DNA of 64,000 bases from a virus: positions 32,001 through 96,000 of IMG/VR virus record IMGVR_UViG_3300022879_000002, one strand, 5' to 3'. Positions 51,332 through 63,034 of the stretch are shown in pieces. Below the pieces are notes generated by a model, which made no database searches, was not told where the DNA came from, and saw nothing but the letters and a program-made list of their open reading frames with translations. The translations under genes were made by a program, and so were the position numbers. The stretch's first letter is position 1. Every line of letters begins with the position of its first letter.

Positions 51332-52831
51332 GTGAAAAATGTACAAGTATTAAGTACAAATATTATCGAAATCTCACAAGCAAAAACTGATACAACTGCA
51401 AAAGAAATTATTATGCTTGTTCATAAAGTCAATAGTGTAAATGAGAACGGTTTAGATTTCCTAAAAGAATATACTGAGACTGCTATGAAATCATTAATCA
51501 ATAAACCTATCGTCTGCAAATATAAAGACAACATTGATGATTTAGGTGGTCACGAGCATGTTGTGGATAATAAAACAGGTAAAATTATTGAATTAAATAC
51601 TATTCCAATAGGAACTATTACTGATGTTTGGATTGAGAAAATTAGTGAAGATGATGACACTGAAGCATTATTTGCGAAAGCTACATTATGGTCATATAAA
51701 TACCCAAAAATATTAGAAGTAATTGAGCGAAATTTCAAAGTTGGTATTTGTACATCTTCTGTTGAAGTTGAGGTACATAAATACAATGACGAAGCTTCTC
51801 AAGAATATAGATATGGGATTGACTTTACTTACTTATCCAATTGTTTACTTGGTCAATCAACATCACCTGCGGATAACGATGCTGGAGTAATGAGTATTTC
51901 TGATAAGGAGATTGCACAAGCCATTAAACATGATTTAGAAATTAATAATGACAAGGAAGGAGGCGTTATTGTGCCTGAAGTTTTTAATAAAGGTATTGAT
52001 ATTAATTATCATGGAATAGAAGTAAGTGCCCTAAAACTATCCAATGTATCAACACAGATATACAACATCTTAAATCCTCTAAATCCACAAAATAATAGTC
52101 GTCAATATAATTACTACATTAGGGATGTTTACGTTGGATATGTAATTTGTGAAAGCGAAAGAGATTATACGGAATTATGGAAAATTCCATATTCAATTAC
52201 GAATGATCAAGTCGTAATTTCATCTCAAGACAAATGGATTAAAGGTTCAATTGGATTTATTCCTGATGGTGTAAGTTTGGATGACCTACAATCCCAAGTA
52301 ATTGAGCTAAATAATGAAATTACAAAATTACAAGAGGAGGTAAAGTCAAATATGAATAACGAAGAGCTACAAGCTGAGTTATCAACTAAAGAAGCTGAGA
52401 TTGCTGAATTCATAATTAAAGTTGATGACTTAGAGAAGAAAGTTAAAGAACTAAGTGAGACAATCGTTTCTCAAGAATCTACAAAAAAAGAATTAGAGGT
52501 AAAAGTTACAGAACTTAATTCATCTATTGACGAATTAAGTAAGTACAAAGAACAAGTAGAAACTGCTGAAAAAGAAGCTAAAGTAAAAGAGATTAACGAA
52601 AAATACTCTAAATTGCTTCCTGATGAAGTTATGAATGCTGAAACTACGCAATCCTTAATTAATGAATTAAATGTTACTGAATTGAATGAATTAGTAGTTA
52701 ATGAAGTAGCAAAACAAAAGAATGAAATTGAAGTAAATCAAAAAGGTGATTCTGATGTTTTAATTTCATCTAAACAACCCGAAAATTTACTTCCAAGCGA
52801 TATCGTATCTAAATACGAATTATCTATTTAA
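51332..52831 (+). CDS. Prohead protease/scaffold (YonD-like)
   Basis: DLGGHE, SSVEVEV, SNCLLG N-terminus and a long C-terminal coiled coil. Confidence 0.75.
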   Translation: MKNVQVLSTNIIEISQAKTDTTAKEIIMLVHKVNSVNENGLDFLKEYTETAMKSLINKPIVCKYKDNIDDLGGHEHVVDNKTGKIIELNTIPIGTITDVWIEKISEDDDTEALFAKATLWSYKYPKILEVIERNFKVGICTSSVEVEVHKYNDEASQEYRYGIDFTYLSNCLLGQSTSPADNDAGVMSISDKEIAQAIKHDLEINNDKEGGVIVPEVFNKGIDINYHGIEVSALKLSNVSTQIYNILNPLNPQNNSRQYNYYIRDVYVGYVICESERDYTELWKIPYSITNDQVVISSQDKWIKGSIGFIPDGVSLDDLQSQVIELNNEITKLQEEVKSNMNNEELQAELSTKEAEIAEFIIKVDDLEKKVKELSETIVSQESTKKELEVKVTELNSSIDELSKYKEQVETAEKEAKVKEINEKYSKLLPDEVMNAETTQSLINELNVTELNELVVNEVAKQKNEIEVNQKGDSDVLISSKQPENLLPSDIVSKYELSI

Positions 52832-52873
52832 TCAATTTTAAATAAGTATATACATATTAGGAGGAAATAATTA

Positions 52874-53362
52874 ATGGCTATCGATAAAACAAAAAAAGTA
52901 CACGCTGTAGGTAACTTAAATTCTTCTCAAGTTCGTACAGTACCCTATGTATTCGCAAGTGAGGATTTAGAAAACTACTCTGCTGTAGAATTATTCTACC
53001 AAGATGGAGTTCGTAAAGCAAAATACGCAACTGCTGATGCTACTGAAATTTATTTAGTACCTGCTGTAGAAGTAACTTATGATGGTGAGGCATTCACACA
53101 GTTCTATATTGGTAAGGACGAAGGAACTCGAATCGTACAATTTGATAAAGGTGTTCGTTTTTCAACATCAAATTTTGTTCAAATTAGTGGAACTGCACCT
53201 AGCAAAGGTCAGTATGCTTCTTGGGATGCTGCTACCAAGAAATATCAACTTTCTGCAACTGTACCTGCTACTCCAGTTGGCAATAAAGTATATGAAGTTG
53301 TAGATATTGTTTCAGGTGCTTATGGTTTCGGACAAAATATGATTCGTTTGGAAACTAAGTAA
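52874..53362 (+). CDS. Capsid decoration/auxiliary protein
   Basis: Between scaffold and major capsid protein. Confidence 0.55.
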   Translation: MAIDKTKKVHAVGNLNSSQVRTVPYVFASEDLENYSAVELFYQDGVRKAKYATADATEIYLVPAVEVTYDGEAFTQFYIGKDEGTRIVQFDKGVRFSTSNFVQISGTAPSKGQYASWDAATKKYQLSATVPATPVGNKVYEVVDIVSGAYGFGQNMIRLETK

Positions 53363-53400
53363 TATTAAATCAAATTACACATAATGGAGGAAATACATAA

Positions 53401-54378
53401 ATGGCTAATAAACAATTAATCGAATTATCATCTAAAATTGCAACAAATAAAGCGAATCGTGAGGAAAAACACGAATTCCTACAAGTAATTGATGCATTAC
53501 GTCAAAAGGGAGCTACCAATCCTGTAGTACTTTGGGAAATTAATGAAATCATTACTCGTACAGCAGATGAAATTTTACGTCCTCGTGTAGATTTCTTAGA
53601 CTACATTGCTGACGTAGAGCGTGTTGAACATGGTCAAAAAATCGAATTTAACGTACCTGTAAAAACTAAGTTCGCTATGAATTGGGCTTCTCGCGGAGCT
53701 ACAGTTGACTATGCTCGTGTAGGAAATAAACCAAAAATCACTGCTGAACCAGAAGTACTTACTGGTGGAGCATATTATGAGATTGACCAATTACTATCAG
53801 GTAATGTAGATGCATTTGTTGGTGTAGTAGACGCATTAGTAACAGAGATGGAAGAAAAGATCACTGGACGTATCATCTCATTACTTGCAAATGTGATGGC
53901 TTCTGCCCCTTCTGCTAATAAATGGTCAGGCGCAGGAATTACTACTAACAATTTCAGTTCAGTAGCAAGTACTGTTCAACGATATGATCGCAATACATCG
54001 GTTATTTGTGATATTGATTTTGCTAAGAAGCTAAATGCATTAGTAGGTGCGGATTTCTTGTCGGATCGTATGAAAGAAGAGTTAAATGCTAATGGTTTAT
54101 TTGGAGTAATTGACGGGTCTAAAATTGTGACATTTACAAATACATTTACTGATGACACTAACACTACTTTAGTAGCCCCTCGTAAATATGGATTTGTTGT
54201 TCCTTCAAGCAATAACGGTAAAATCGTTAAAGTTGGATTTGAAGGTGGACTGGAACAATATACTCACACAGATATTGATTCTGAACGTGTATTCTTAAAA
54301 GTTACGCAAAAAGCATCTACCAACATTGTAAGTCCTATCCATAACATCGGTTTCTTAGAAGATACAACTTTAGCATAA
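53401..54378 (+). CDS. Major capsid protein (YonB-like)
   Basis: 325 aa, strong RBS, follows scaffold, followed by terminator. Confidence 0.8.
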   Translation: MANKQLIELSSKIATNKANREEKHEFLQVIDALRQKGATNPVVLWEINEIITRTADEILRPRVDFLDYIADVERVEHGQKIEFNVPVKTKFAMNWASRGATVDYARVGNKPKITAEPEVLTGGAYYEIDQLLSGNVDAFVGVVDALVTEMEEKITGRIISLLANVMASAPSANKWSGAGITTNNFSSVASTVQRYDRNTSVICDIDFAKKLNALVGADFLSDRMKEELNANGLFGVIDGSKIVTFTNTFTDDTNTTLVAPRKYGFVVPSSNNGKIVKVGFEGGLEQYTHTDIDSERVFLKVTQKASTNIVSPIHNIGFLEDTTLA

Positions 54379-54396
54379 TAATAAAATAGTACATAT

Positions 54397-54422
54397 GAGT
54401 ACGGTGATAAAACATCGTACTC
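54397..54422 (+). terminator. Terminator after capsid gene
   Basis: GAGTACGGTG-ATAAAA-CATCGTACTC then TTT. Confidence 0.75.
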
Positions 54423-54458
54423 TTTCTAATTTCGGAATATAAGGAGGATATATTTAAA

Positions 54459-57400
54459 ATGGCATTAGATAATAAGTCACTAGTCAAAATTGTAAATAAG
54501 CGTAGTACGGGATATACAGTATCACTTCCTTCAGGGGAATACTATGAATGGTTACCTGCTACAAATGACATATATGATGAGCAAGAATTAGAATTTAAAC
54601 AAGTTCAAATATTACATATGCGAAGCTCTACATTTAAAGAAGGTTATTTATTTATTGACAACGAGGAAGCTAGAAAACGCCTAGGTTTAGAAAAAGAAGA
54701 AATTAAAATCTTCACCATGTCTAGAGAAGAAATCGAAAAAATGTTAAAAGGTAATTTAACATCAATTAAAAAACTTGATAACTACAAAGAAAACAAGAGT
54801 TTAATCAGTGAAGTTATTAATGTCGCTAAAGAGTTAGGAATTGATAATCATAACAAACTAAACTATCTATCAGAATTATCTGGAGTTCCAGTTGAAATTA
54901 TCACTCAATCAAACGATAAAGAACAGTAGGTGTATAATATGGCATCTACCTCCTATGATGAAATCTTTGATTTGTTTTTAAATAAAATCAATGACTACTA
55001 TATAAAAAATCAAATCGAGATTAATATCACTTTCGCTAACGAAATTCTATTAGGATACTTGAAATCAGCTATCCCAAAATTCACTTATTCAACAAAAGAA
55101 TTATCCAAAAGAGATGATGTTCTATTTCAGTTTAATATAGAACTAAATGATCTTGAGAAAGAGATTTTATCTATTCTAATGGTTGTAGAGTACCTATCTC
55201 CAAAAATGATTCGTGAAGAATTTGTTCAAAATAGACTTGGCTCAAAGGATTACACTAACTCCTCCCCTACAAATCAACTTAAACAATTACGTGAATTAAA
55301 GAAGGATGTAATAGGCGATGCAAATCTACTGATGATCGAATATTATTACAGACAAGGTGTTTAAGATGGATATTCCTAAAGAGTATATTGAATATTTAAA
55401 GGGTGGATTCTATAAATGTCTATGTCTATTTGAAGAAGCTAATGAGGGATTAACTTCTTATATAAATTCTTTCAGCTATGAACTTTATGGTCTTCAATAT
55501 TTGGTTAATGAAAAGAAAGAAATAGTGATTACTCTATTAAGTGTATTAGAGCATTTCTATGATGACAGTCTTGAACCAAAACCTAATATTAAAGTTATTC
55601 GAAGTGAAGTATTCCGATGTATCAGTTTAATAAATAACTTATCTAAGGTTGGTGATGAGAATTGAATTTCATGGAAAAGTATATAAAACGATTGAATCAG
55701 GAAGGCGTCAATTCGAAAGATGCTTATCTTAATCAATCAAAAATTATAGCTAAACAACAGATTCTAAACTCTCCTAACCTATATAACATTTATTTAAATC
55801 TTGACGAAACTGTATCACATTATTGTATTGCAAGGGATAAAGGTAGTTATGAAAAGCGTAAATTTATATTTTTACCTGATACTAAAGTGAATCTAGGAGA
55901 TTATGTTACACAAGATAATTTGGTTTACTTATTGACAGGAAAGGATACAAATGAAGTTACACCTCAATTTACAGGTGACTTTTGCAGTGCGGAATTTCCT
56001 GTAAAATATGCTGACCAAAAAGTTGAAATCGACAAAGATGACTTAGGAAGACCTGTATATGACACCATTGAAGGTGAAGTAAAAATGTTACCATGTGTTC
56101 CTAAGATGAATGATGCTTCTACTTCTATTGCTGATACAAATAACCCAATTAATCTACTGGACAATCAAGTAATGATTACTATCCCCTACACTGAAGCTCC
56201 ATCGATTAAATACAACGAGAAATTTAAACTGTTCAATGATACATATAGAATTATACGTATTGACCCTTCTAAATCAATTAATAAAGTTGGCGTTCTTAGA
56301 ATTACTGGAGAACGAGTTGAAAGTGTAGGTGATAGTTAATGGATTTAAGAGGAAGTTTAAAAAAATTATTCATCACGTTATCATCTCATGAAAAATTATT
56401 ACGTTTGCTTCATTACATACCTGTAAATGCAAAGGATAATCCGTTAGATACAAAGAAGCCTGATATTAATTCACTACCAAACAAGTATGATATTGTTGAA
56501 AAAGTGTTAATGCCTTCTGATAAAAAATATGATTTAGATTTAAAATCTGAATTATGTAGGATTTGTTTCTATACAGGAACAAGAGAGCTTCAGGATACAT
56601 ATAATATTGCTGCAAGAAGATTACAAGATAATGTATATGTTGCTAATCAAAAATATAATTTTGATGTTTATGTACATGTTGACATTGATATAAAAGATTT
56701 TCGTATGACTTGGATTTGTAATACTTTGAATGAAATTTTAGATAAACAACATATTTCTGATATAGGTAAGTTGAGATTATCTTTTTCCTCCCCTATTAAT
56801 AATACTCCTGATGGATTTATTGGTTATAAAATGGTATATGTCACAAGTTCATCACAGTGAGGCGACAAATAATGAATGATATAAATGATGTTTTTGGAAG
56901 ACCTAGGGAATATAAAGGATTAAATATTTACCCTATTACAATGAAAGACTGTGATAAGTTTTATGATTCTGTCCAATGTTTAATGCTTTCAAAAAACTCA
57001 TTAGAAGATGTTCAGTTTCTTAAAATGTCTTATCTTCGTTTTCTGTTATTGGTGTCAAATTCTGAATTAAAGGGTTTCCAAGATAAATTGGTGACATTAT
57101 TACAATTGATTCTTCAAACTGATAATTTTGAAATAACCTTAACTGATAAAAATCGAATAGAAATTATTGTCGAAGATAAATTTATTATCAGAGAAAGAGA
57201 TTTCGATAAAATAAAGACTTTAATAAGTGAACAAAACTTAGTAGATTTAGATGATGAATTTATAAATCCAGAAGTAAAGGCAAAGATTGACGAAGCAAGA
57301 GCGTTTATTAATAAGAGAGGTAGTAAAGTAGCAGGCTTGGATCAACAGATTATTTCGTATCACTGTATTAGTGGAATTTCTTATAACGAAATTGAAAGAT

Positions 57401-57627
57401 TAACAATTTATCAATTTCAAAAAGGATTGGCTAGATTTGATCATATATTAGGTGCTGAAGCCATTATGAATGCACGTTATTCAGGAATGGTCGAATTTAA
57501 GGATGATTCAAAATTACCTCATTGGTTAGGACATATTGAAGATTCTAAGAAAAATGAAGGATTAATACTGAACGCCGATAAGTTCAAAAATGAAGCTTCA
57601 AACAAATTAGGTATGGTTAACAATTAG
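54459..57627 (+). other. Head completion/neck/tail-completion genes (six ORFs)
   Basis: 54459..54929, 54930..55364 (adaptor-like), 55357..55665, 55662..56339 (closure-like), 56339..56860, 56857..57627; overlapping and syntenic with SPbeta yonA-yomV. Confidence 0.7.
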
Positions 57628-57659
57628 AAAATACATAAACTATCGGAGGAATTAATTTT

Positions 57660-58655
57660 ATGGCAGAAAATAAATTTTTAACATCGGTTGCGGATGTTAA
57701 ATTATACGATGACAAGACTGGTGATTTAATTTTAAATGGTAAAACATTAATTAACTCATCTATGACTCAAGCAATTCAATCTCAAGCTATTTATGCAGGT
57801 AAAGGATCAAAGAAACTTTTTGAATACAACTACCAAAAAGAACTCTCATTCTCGATTGAGGATGCTACCTTCAATACGAGTTATATTTGCTTACAAAATA
57901 ACACAAAGGTCTTAAGAGAGCTTTCTGATTACTACACAAACGAGTATGTGACTCTAGATGGTTCTGGTAAAGGTACCCTCTCTCAAAAGCCAGTAGGAAA
58001 CATCCATATAGAAAATGAAAATGGTACTTTTACTCAAATTATTTCTAATGGTAAAGAATTTACATATCCTACTTTGTCAGGTCAAGAGGTTCAAGTTTCA
58101 TATGCATACAAAGAAATGATGGATAACATTACACTTTCTGCGGATTCATTCCCTAGGGCTGTTCGTATGGTTTTAAATGGCGATATTATGACTAACAATG
58201 GTAAAGAAGAAGAAATGCAAATTGTAGTTCCTAAATTTAAACCAGATGGAGCAATGGAATTATCAATGACTCATGATGGAGTTTCTTCATCTTCTTTAGC
58301 AGGTACATCTTTGGCAGACAATAAAGGTAATTATGCTTACATTTCATTCAAGGCAGTTAATGATGAAGATGTACCTGTAATTAAAATTGCAGCATCCCCT
58401 TCTGAAATCGATTTAGATTCTACGGTAAGTGGAGATACGGAACAGATTACGGTTTATGGTATTCGTGGAGGCACTTATGGAGTAGTTTTGTTAGATAATA
58501 AAACACTTACTTTTACTTCTGATGAACCTACTATTGCTACTGTAGATGCTAGTGGTTTAGTTGCATTGGGAGCTTCTGCTAATGCAGGTGATACTACTGT
58601 TATTCGTATCACCGATGGTAAAGCAAAAGACATTGTAGAAGTTACAATTCTATAA
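57660..58655 (+). CDS. Major tail tube protein with C-terminal Ig-like domain (YomU-like)
   Basis: LTFTSDEPTIATVDASGLV Big2-type motif; 331 aa. Confidence 0.8.
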   Translation: MAENKFLTSVADVKLYDDKTGDLILNGKTLINSSMTQAIQSQAIYAGKGSKKLFEYNYQKELSFSIEDATFNTSYICLQNNTKVLRELSDYYTNEYVTLDGSGKGTLSQKPVGNIHIENENGTFTQIISNGKEFTYPTLSGQEVQVSYAYKEMMDNITLSADSFPRAVRMVLNGDIMTNNGKEEEMQIVVPKFKPDGAMELSMTHDGVSSSSLAGTSLADNKGNYAYISFKAVNDEDVPVIKIAASPSEIDLDSTVSGDTEQITVYGIRGGTYGVVLLDNKTLTFTSDEPTIATVDASGLVALGASANAGDTTVIRITDGKAKDIVEVTIL

Positions 58656-58676
58656 AAACAATAAATATATATATAC

Positions 58677-58705
58677 GAGTAGGGATTATTCCCTACTCCA
58701 TTTTT
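58677..58705 (+). terminator. Terminator
   Basis: GAGTAGGG-ATTATT-CCCTACTC then a T run. Confidence 0.8.
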
Positions 58706-58721
58706 ATATTGGAGAAAAGAT

Positions 58722-59222
58722 ATGGTTCAGTTCAATAATATAGATCAAATACAAAGGTACTTTGAACGCAATTCTCATCTGGTTTTCAAAGATAGAAACA
58801 TTGAAAAAGTGTTAGCTTCCACAATGTCTCAAGCTGTATATGATGTTGTTTATAGAAGATATGTACCTGTTGAATATAAACGTAGACGTAATGATGGTGG
58901 TTTATCTGACGTTCGTAACATGAAGATTACAAAGGTTGAAGTGAAGAATGGAAAAGTTATTGTGTTATTCGAAAACTTAACATTAGGTCAAGGTCACTTC
59001 TCCCCTATTTATGAGCAAAGTCAAGACTCCATGTATGGGCAATTCATCACAGATGTAATTAATGATGGAGAAACTGATGGTAACAGTTGGTATAGGCATG
59101 GTAAGTGGTCAAATGCTAGACCGTTTATACAAGAAACCATAGCTAGAATTGAAGCTAATCCTACATATTTAGTAAATGCAATAAAGAGTGCATATAGAAA
59201 ATTAGGATTTGAAGTGAGATAA
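58722..59222 (+). CDS. Tail-module hypothetical protein (HK97 gp10-like position)
   Basis: C-terminal ARPFIQETIARI motif. Confidence 0.55.
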   Translation: MVQFNNIDQIQRYFERNSHLVFKDRNIEKVLASTMSQAVYDVVYRRYVPVEYKRRRNDGGLSDVRNMKITKVEVKNGKVIVLFENLTLGQGHFSPIYEQSQDSMYGQFITDVINDGETDGNSWYRHGKWSNARPFIQETIARIEANPTYLVNAIKSAYRKLGFEVR

Positions 59223-59263
59223 CTTCAAGTCTTTTTTCATTCTTTTGAAAGGAGAATGATGAA

Positions 59264-60302
59264 TTGATTGAAAAAGAATTAGATATTAATAAACATATGT
59301 TACGTGAAAGAGCAAAGAAACTACCTGATGTAACCGATGAAATGTGGAAAAATGTAAATAAAGAGTATAGGAATTTAATTGACGAGTATATTTCTTCTCA
59401 ATCACACTCCCCTCAAACTAAAAAGCAATACAGATCGATGTTACGTCAATTTGGTTGGTTTATTTATGAGTCGCTTAACAATAAGCCTATCTATAAAATT
59501 AAAAAACGTGACATAATTCGTTATTTATCTTACCTTCGAGATGATAGAAAAATGTCTCCTTCAGCTATTGGAACACGTAAAGCAGTTATTTCAAGTTTGT
59601 GCAATTATATTGAAAATGTTGTAATGGATGATTTTGATGAAGAAGAGTTCAATCCATATAAAAACTTCAGAAACTTTACTCGTGGACTACCTGCTATTCC
59701 TAAAAGCTCTGTTTATGAAAAGGTTAAAGTAACAAAAGACGAGTATCTTGAGATGATGAAAGTATTAGAAGATGATGAGAATTATTTAGGTATGGCATGG
59801 TTAGCTGTTGCATTTAATGTTGGAGCTAGACGTAACGAAATTATCCAGTTTAAATCAGAAATTGTAGATTACAAAATTAATGAAGAAGCTACATACATTA
59901 TGAGTCATAACGTTCGGTTAAAAGGTCGTGGAGAAGATGGTAAAATTGAACCTTACATGATTAATTATGAAGCTTTAAAATACATAAAGTTATGGCTTGA
60001 AAAACGTGGCTATGAGCATGAATACATCTTCACAAAAAAAATATGGTAATGAAATTAAAGTTGTTGAAGAAGGATGGGCTAATTACTTTTGTTCAAGTGT
60101 ACTTTCTCATGTTCTTGAGAGACGCATTAACCCCCACTTATTCAAGGCAAGTGCAGTTACATACTTATTAGAACAAGGTGTACCTTTAGAATTAGTAAGT
60201 AAGTTCGTTGCTCATCATGAGAATGTAGCCACAACAATTGCTCATTATGACCTTAGAGATCATGCTGAAGAAAAGAATAATATCTTCGGTAACATGTCGT
60301 AA
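59264..60302 (+). pseudogene. YomM-like tyrosine recombinase split by a +1 frameshift
   Basis: GARRNE in 59264..60049; PHLFKAS and HHENVATTIAHY in 59997..60302; A8 run at 60034-60041, A7 restores FTKKYGNE. Confidence 0.85.
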
Positions 60303-60377
60303 ATAATTGAAATACTCCCCTACTTTAATTTAGGGGACTACTTGAGTTATTTAATCAAATAAGAATTTTATTTAAAT

Positions 60378-60423
60378 AAATACATAACAAATACTTGAAT
60401 CAGTAGTCTCTTCGTGTTAGTAT
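60378..60423 (+). promoter_or_regulatory. sigmaA promoter with AAATACATAA motif
   Basis: AAATACATAA-7-TTGAAT-17-TAGTAT; second motif copy before the RBS. Confidence 0.65.
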
Positions 60424-60500
60424 TTAGACATAGAGATAAATCAGTTGTGGTTTTATCTTTAAATAAATAAATACATAAAATCACATTAAGGAGAGATTTA

Positions 60501-61538
60501 ATGAACAGCATTGAAAAATTTACAGAAGGTAGCAAAACATTATTTTTATTTCAGCTTGACGGTAAGGTAGCTACAATTGCTCCAGAGTTGATGGCATTTG
60601 AAGGATATGCAAGCCCTAAGAAATCATGGAATGACATTAAAGAACGAGAAGACTTTGAAGAAGGTTATGAATACAAGACCTTACAAGGTAATGATCTAAA
60701 AGTATTCAAAGAAATTTTAAAAGGAAGTGACGACCTGTCCTTAGTCGTAACTGAAATGGTGACGACCTTATATGAACAGTATAAATCAGTTCCACGTCTA
60801 GATATTGTATTTGAAGAAGGTATTTTCGGTACTATGTACTCTTCTAACTCAGGACATGCTAATAAATTTAAAAAGTTTATGCGTAGAGAAGTTAATCCTA
60901 AATTAAATTCTGAAGGTAAGTTTGATCTTGTAGAAAACGAAATATCTAAAATTGAAGATGAAAAAGAAAAGCAGTTACGATTAAGGATCTCAAAATGTCA
61001 AAGTCTTTTTGATTTAGCTCCTGATGACAATTTTACTGTTATTCAGTTGAACAATTTAAAGAATGAGCTACAACAATATCTACACTCTAAACAGATTGAA
61101 GAAGTTCAAAACAAAGTTGACGCTCTAGAATTTAAGGTGAACCGATCAGTGGTTGTTCGAGAAGGAGATAAGACTGCTGAAGCTGTAGCAAGACATTTCA
61201 GTATCTTCTCATCAACCAATAAACCACATGGTAACTTCGCAGAGCATATGGCTAAAAAGTTAGGGTTTTACATTTCTCCAGATGGTAACATTGGTTATCA
61301 AGATGAGTATGTTACAGTAAATATAATACAACGTGGTGGAACTGAAGTTCCTACTATAAAATTCAGTAAGGAAGCTGTAAAACTGATGAATGACTGTATC
61401 GAAAATGAAGGCTTGGAATTTACAGATGTTGATTATGTTAAACGTGGTATGGATAAAGGTAAATTCAAACGAGCTAAGATTGAATTTGATACAGGAAACA
61501 TTTGGGTAAATGAAACAACTTATAATTTGTATAATTAA
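60501..61538 (+). CDS. Bro-N/antirepressor-like protein
   Basis: LDIVFEEGIFGTMYSSNSGHANKFKKFMRREVNPKL resembles the Bro-N C-terminal motif. Confidence 0.65.
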   Translation: MNSIEKFTEGSKTLFLFQLDGKVATIAPELMAFEGYASPKKSWNDIKEREDFEEGYEYKTLQGNDLKVFKEILKGSDDLSLVVTEMVTTLYEQYKSVPRLDIVFEEGIFGTMYSSNSGHANKFKKFMRREVNPKLNSEGKFDLVENEISKIEDEKEKQLRLRISKCQSLFDLAPDDNFTVIQLNNLKNELQQYLHSKQIEEVQNKVDALEFKVNRSVVVREGDKTAEAVARHFSIFSSTNKPHGNFAEHMAKKLGFYISPDGNIGYQDEYVTVNIIQRGGTEVPTIKFSKEAVKLMNDCIENEGLEFTDVDYVKRGMDKGKFKRAKIEFDTGNIWVNETTYNLYN

Positions 61539-61584
61539 ATACATAATAAAAGGTGAGAAAATGCCACTCTCACCTTCCTTATTA

Positions 61585-62031
61585 TTAATAAACATCAATG
61601 ATTTCTACACCTACAATTTCAATAACTGACATGCACGAATCGAATAAATAGCAATCATCCTTGAAGATGAATTTATCAATTATGATATTAGATGGTGTTA
61701 CTAATGAGTCGATATTGCTGATTAGATCATCAGGTACATTTTCAATTAATATACAGAGATCAAATTCTACTTTACCATTAGAGATTACATTGAATTTAAA
61801 GTAGTTGGTGAATTTGTATGTACAATCTGGAAGACTACTCACAGACATGTTGAAGTTTTCTATGCTCCAATCTAACCTGTTTTCTTCAACATAATTGTAC
61901 TCTTGATAAATTGTTTCGAATGATTTTAATTTACCATTTTCGTAAATGGGTTTACCTAGTAATTCAACTTGTGATGGGATGTCCCCTTTTGCAATAAGTT
62001 TGATTGATGTGATTAGTGTATTCATGTTCAT
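61585..62031 (-). CDS. Hypothetical protein
   Basis: 148 aa, RBS AAGGGGAG, convergent terminator at 61550-61575. Confidence 0.6.
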   Translation of the reverse strand: MNMNTLITSIKLIAKGDIPSQVELLGKPIYENGKLKSFETIYQEYNYVEENRLDWSIENFNMSVSSLPDCTYKFTNYFKFNVISNGKVEFDLCILIENVPDDLISNIDSLVTPSNIIIDKFIFKDDCYLFDSCMSVIEIVGVEIIDVY

Positions 62032-62168
62032 TCTCCCCTTCTTTATTTGTAAAAATCTCCATACATAATTACGTTATACGTAACTTACGTTTAGTGTAAA
62101 TTACTTTTAACGTAATTGTCAACATGTTATTTTATTTATAATTTGAAACTTGTATAATAAATAAAGAG

Positions 62169-62390
62169 GTGTATGGGATGAATATTGAAATTAAATTAAA
62201 AGAACTTTTGAAAGAAATAAATATGGAACAAAAAGAACTAGCTGAATTAACAGGCTTATCTTCTAGGACTATATCTGAATTAGTAAATAATAAAACAGAG
62301 AGAATTCCTAAGACTGCTTTAGTAAAAATAGCAATCGCATTAAAAGTGAATGATATTAGAGAGCTTATTGATTTTGTAGAAGACAAATAA
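62169..62390 (+). CDS. Cro/CI (HTH_26) regulator
   Basis: MEQKELAELTGLSSRTISELVNNK. Confidence 0.9.
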   Translation: MYGMNIEIKLKELLKEINMEQKELAELTGLSSRTISELVNNKTERIPKTALVKIAIALKVNDIRELIDFVEDK

Positions 62391-62669
62391 TTTAAAACTA
62401 GTCTTGAATTTCATAATTATTCCCCTAATTTATGTATATTTGTTTTAATCATCATATTGGAATAATTATGAAATTTAGTAAAACAGAACTACTTTTATAA
62501 GGTTAAAATTGAATATAAACACCCTCTTTTTTCATCAAAATAAATAATTTCGCATCAAAAATATAACATAATTACAGAAATACGTAAATATGTAATAAAT
62601 TGAAATCCAATCCTCTTGTGCATATAATGATTTTTAGTAGATTTTTATATACATTAGAGGTGTAGAATA

Positions 62670-62897
62670 TTGATAAAATTGACAATAGATAAAGCAGCTA
62701 GTTCTAAGGGAATTAGTTCTCAAAAAGAGTTGAGGGAATTGATCATAGAGAAAACTGGTGTGGAATTACGAGCAGCTACAATTTCAGATTTATACAGAAA
62801 TAATAAAAATCAAATCAACAGAGAACACCTTTTTGCTGTAATGGAAGCATTAGAAATTACGGATTTTAATGAAGTTCTTACAATAAAGAGGAGATAA
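62670..62897 (+). CDS. Cro/CI (HTH_26) regulator paralog
   Basis: LRAATISDLYRNNKNQINREHL...ALEITDFNEVL. Confidence 0.8.
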   Translation: MIKLTIDKAASSKGISSQKELRELIIEKTGVELRAATISDLYRNNKNQINREHLFAVMEALEITDFNEVLTIKRR

Positions 62898-63034
62898 TTT
62901 CTAAAATCTTTCATTAATTACATAATCATGTTATCCTATAGTAAATATGTATTTGGAGGAATGAACATGAAATCTAAAGTATTTCCAAACATTCTAAACC
63001 ATTTACCTCTTTTAGATGAGGAGGTATTTACTGT

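Noticed and set aside
41180-54378. Introns or inteins in yonO, terL or capsid
   Set aside because: ORFs are continuous, of expected size, and show no intein motifs
59264-60302. Prophage integrase/att boundary
   Set aside because: It lies inside the tail module as yomM does in SPbeta (which integrates via a serine recombinase), and no host genes flank it
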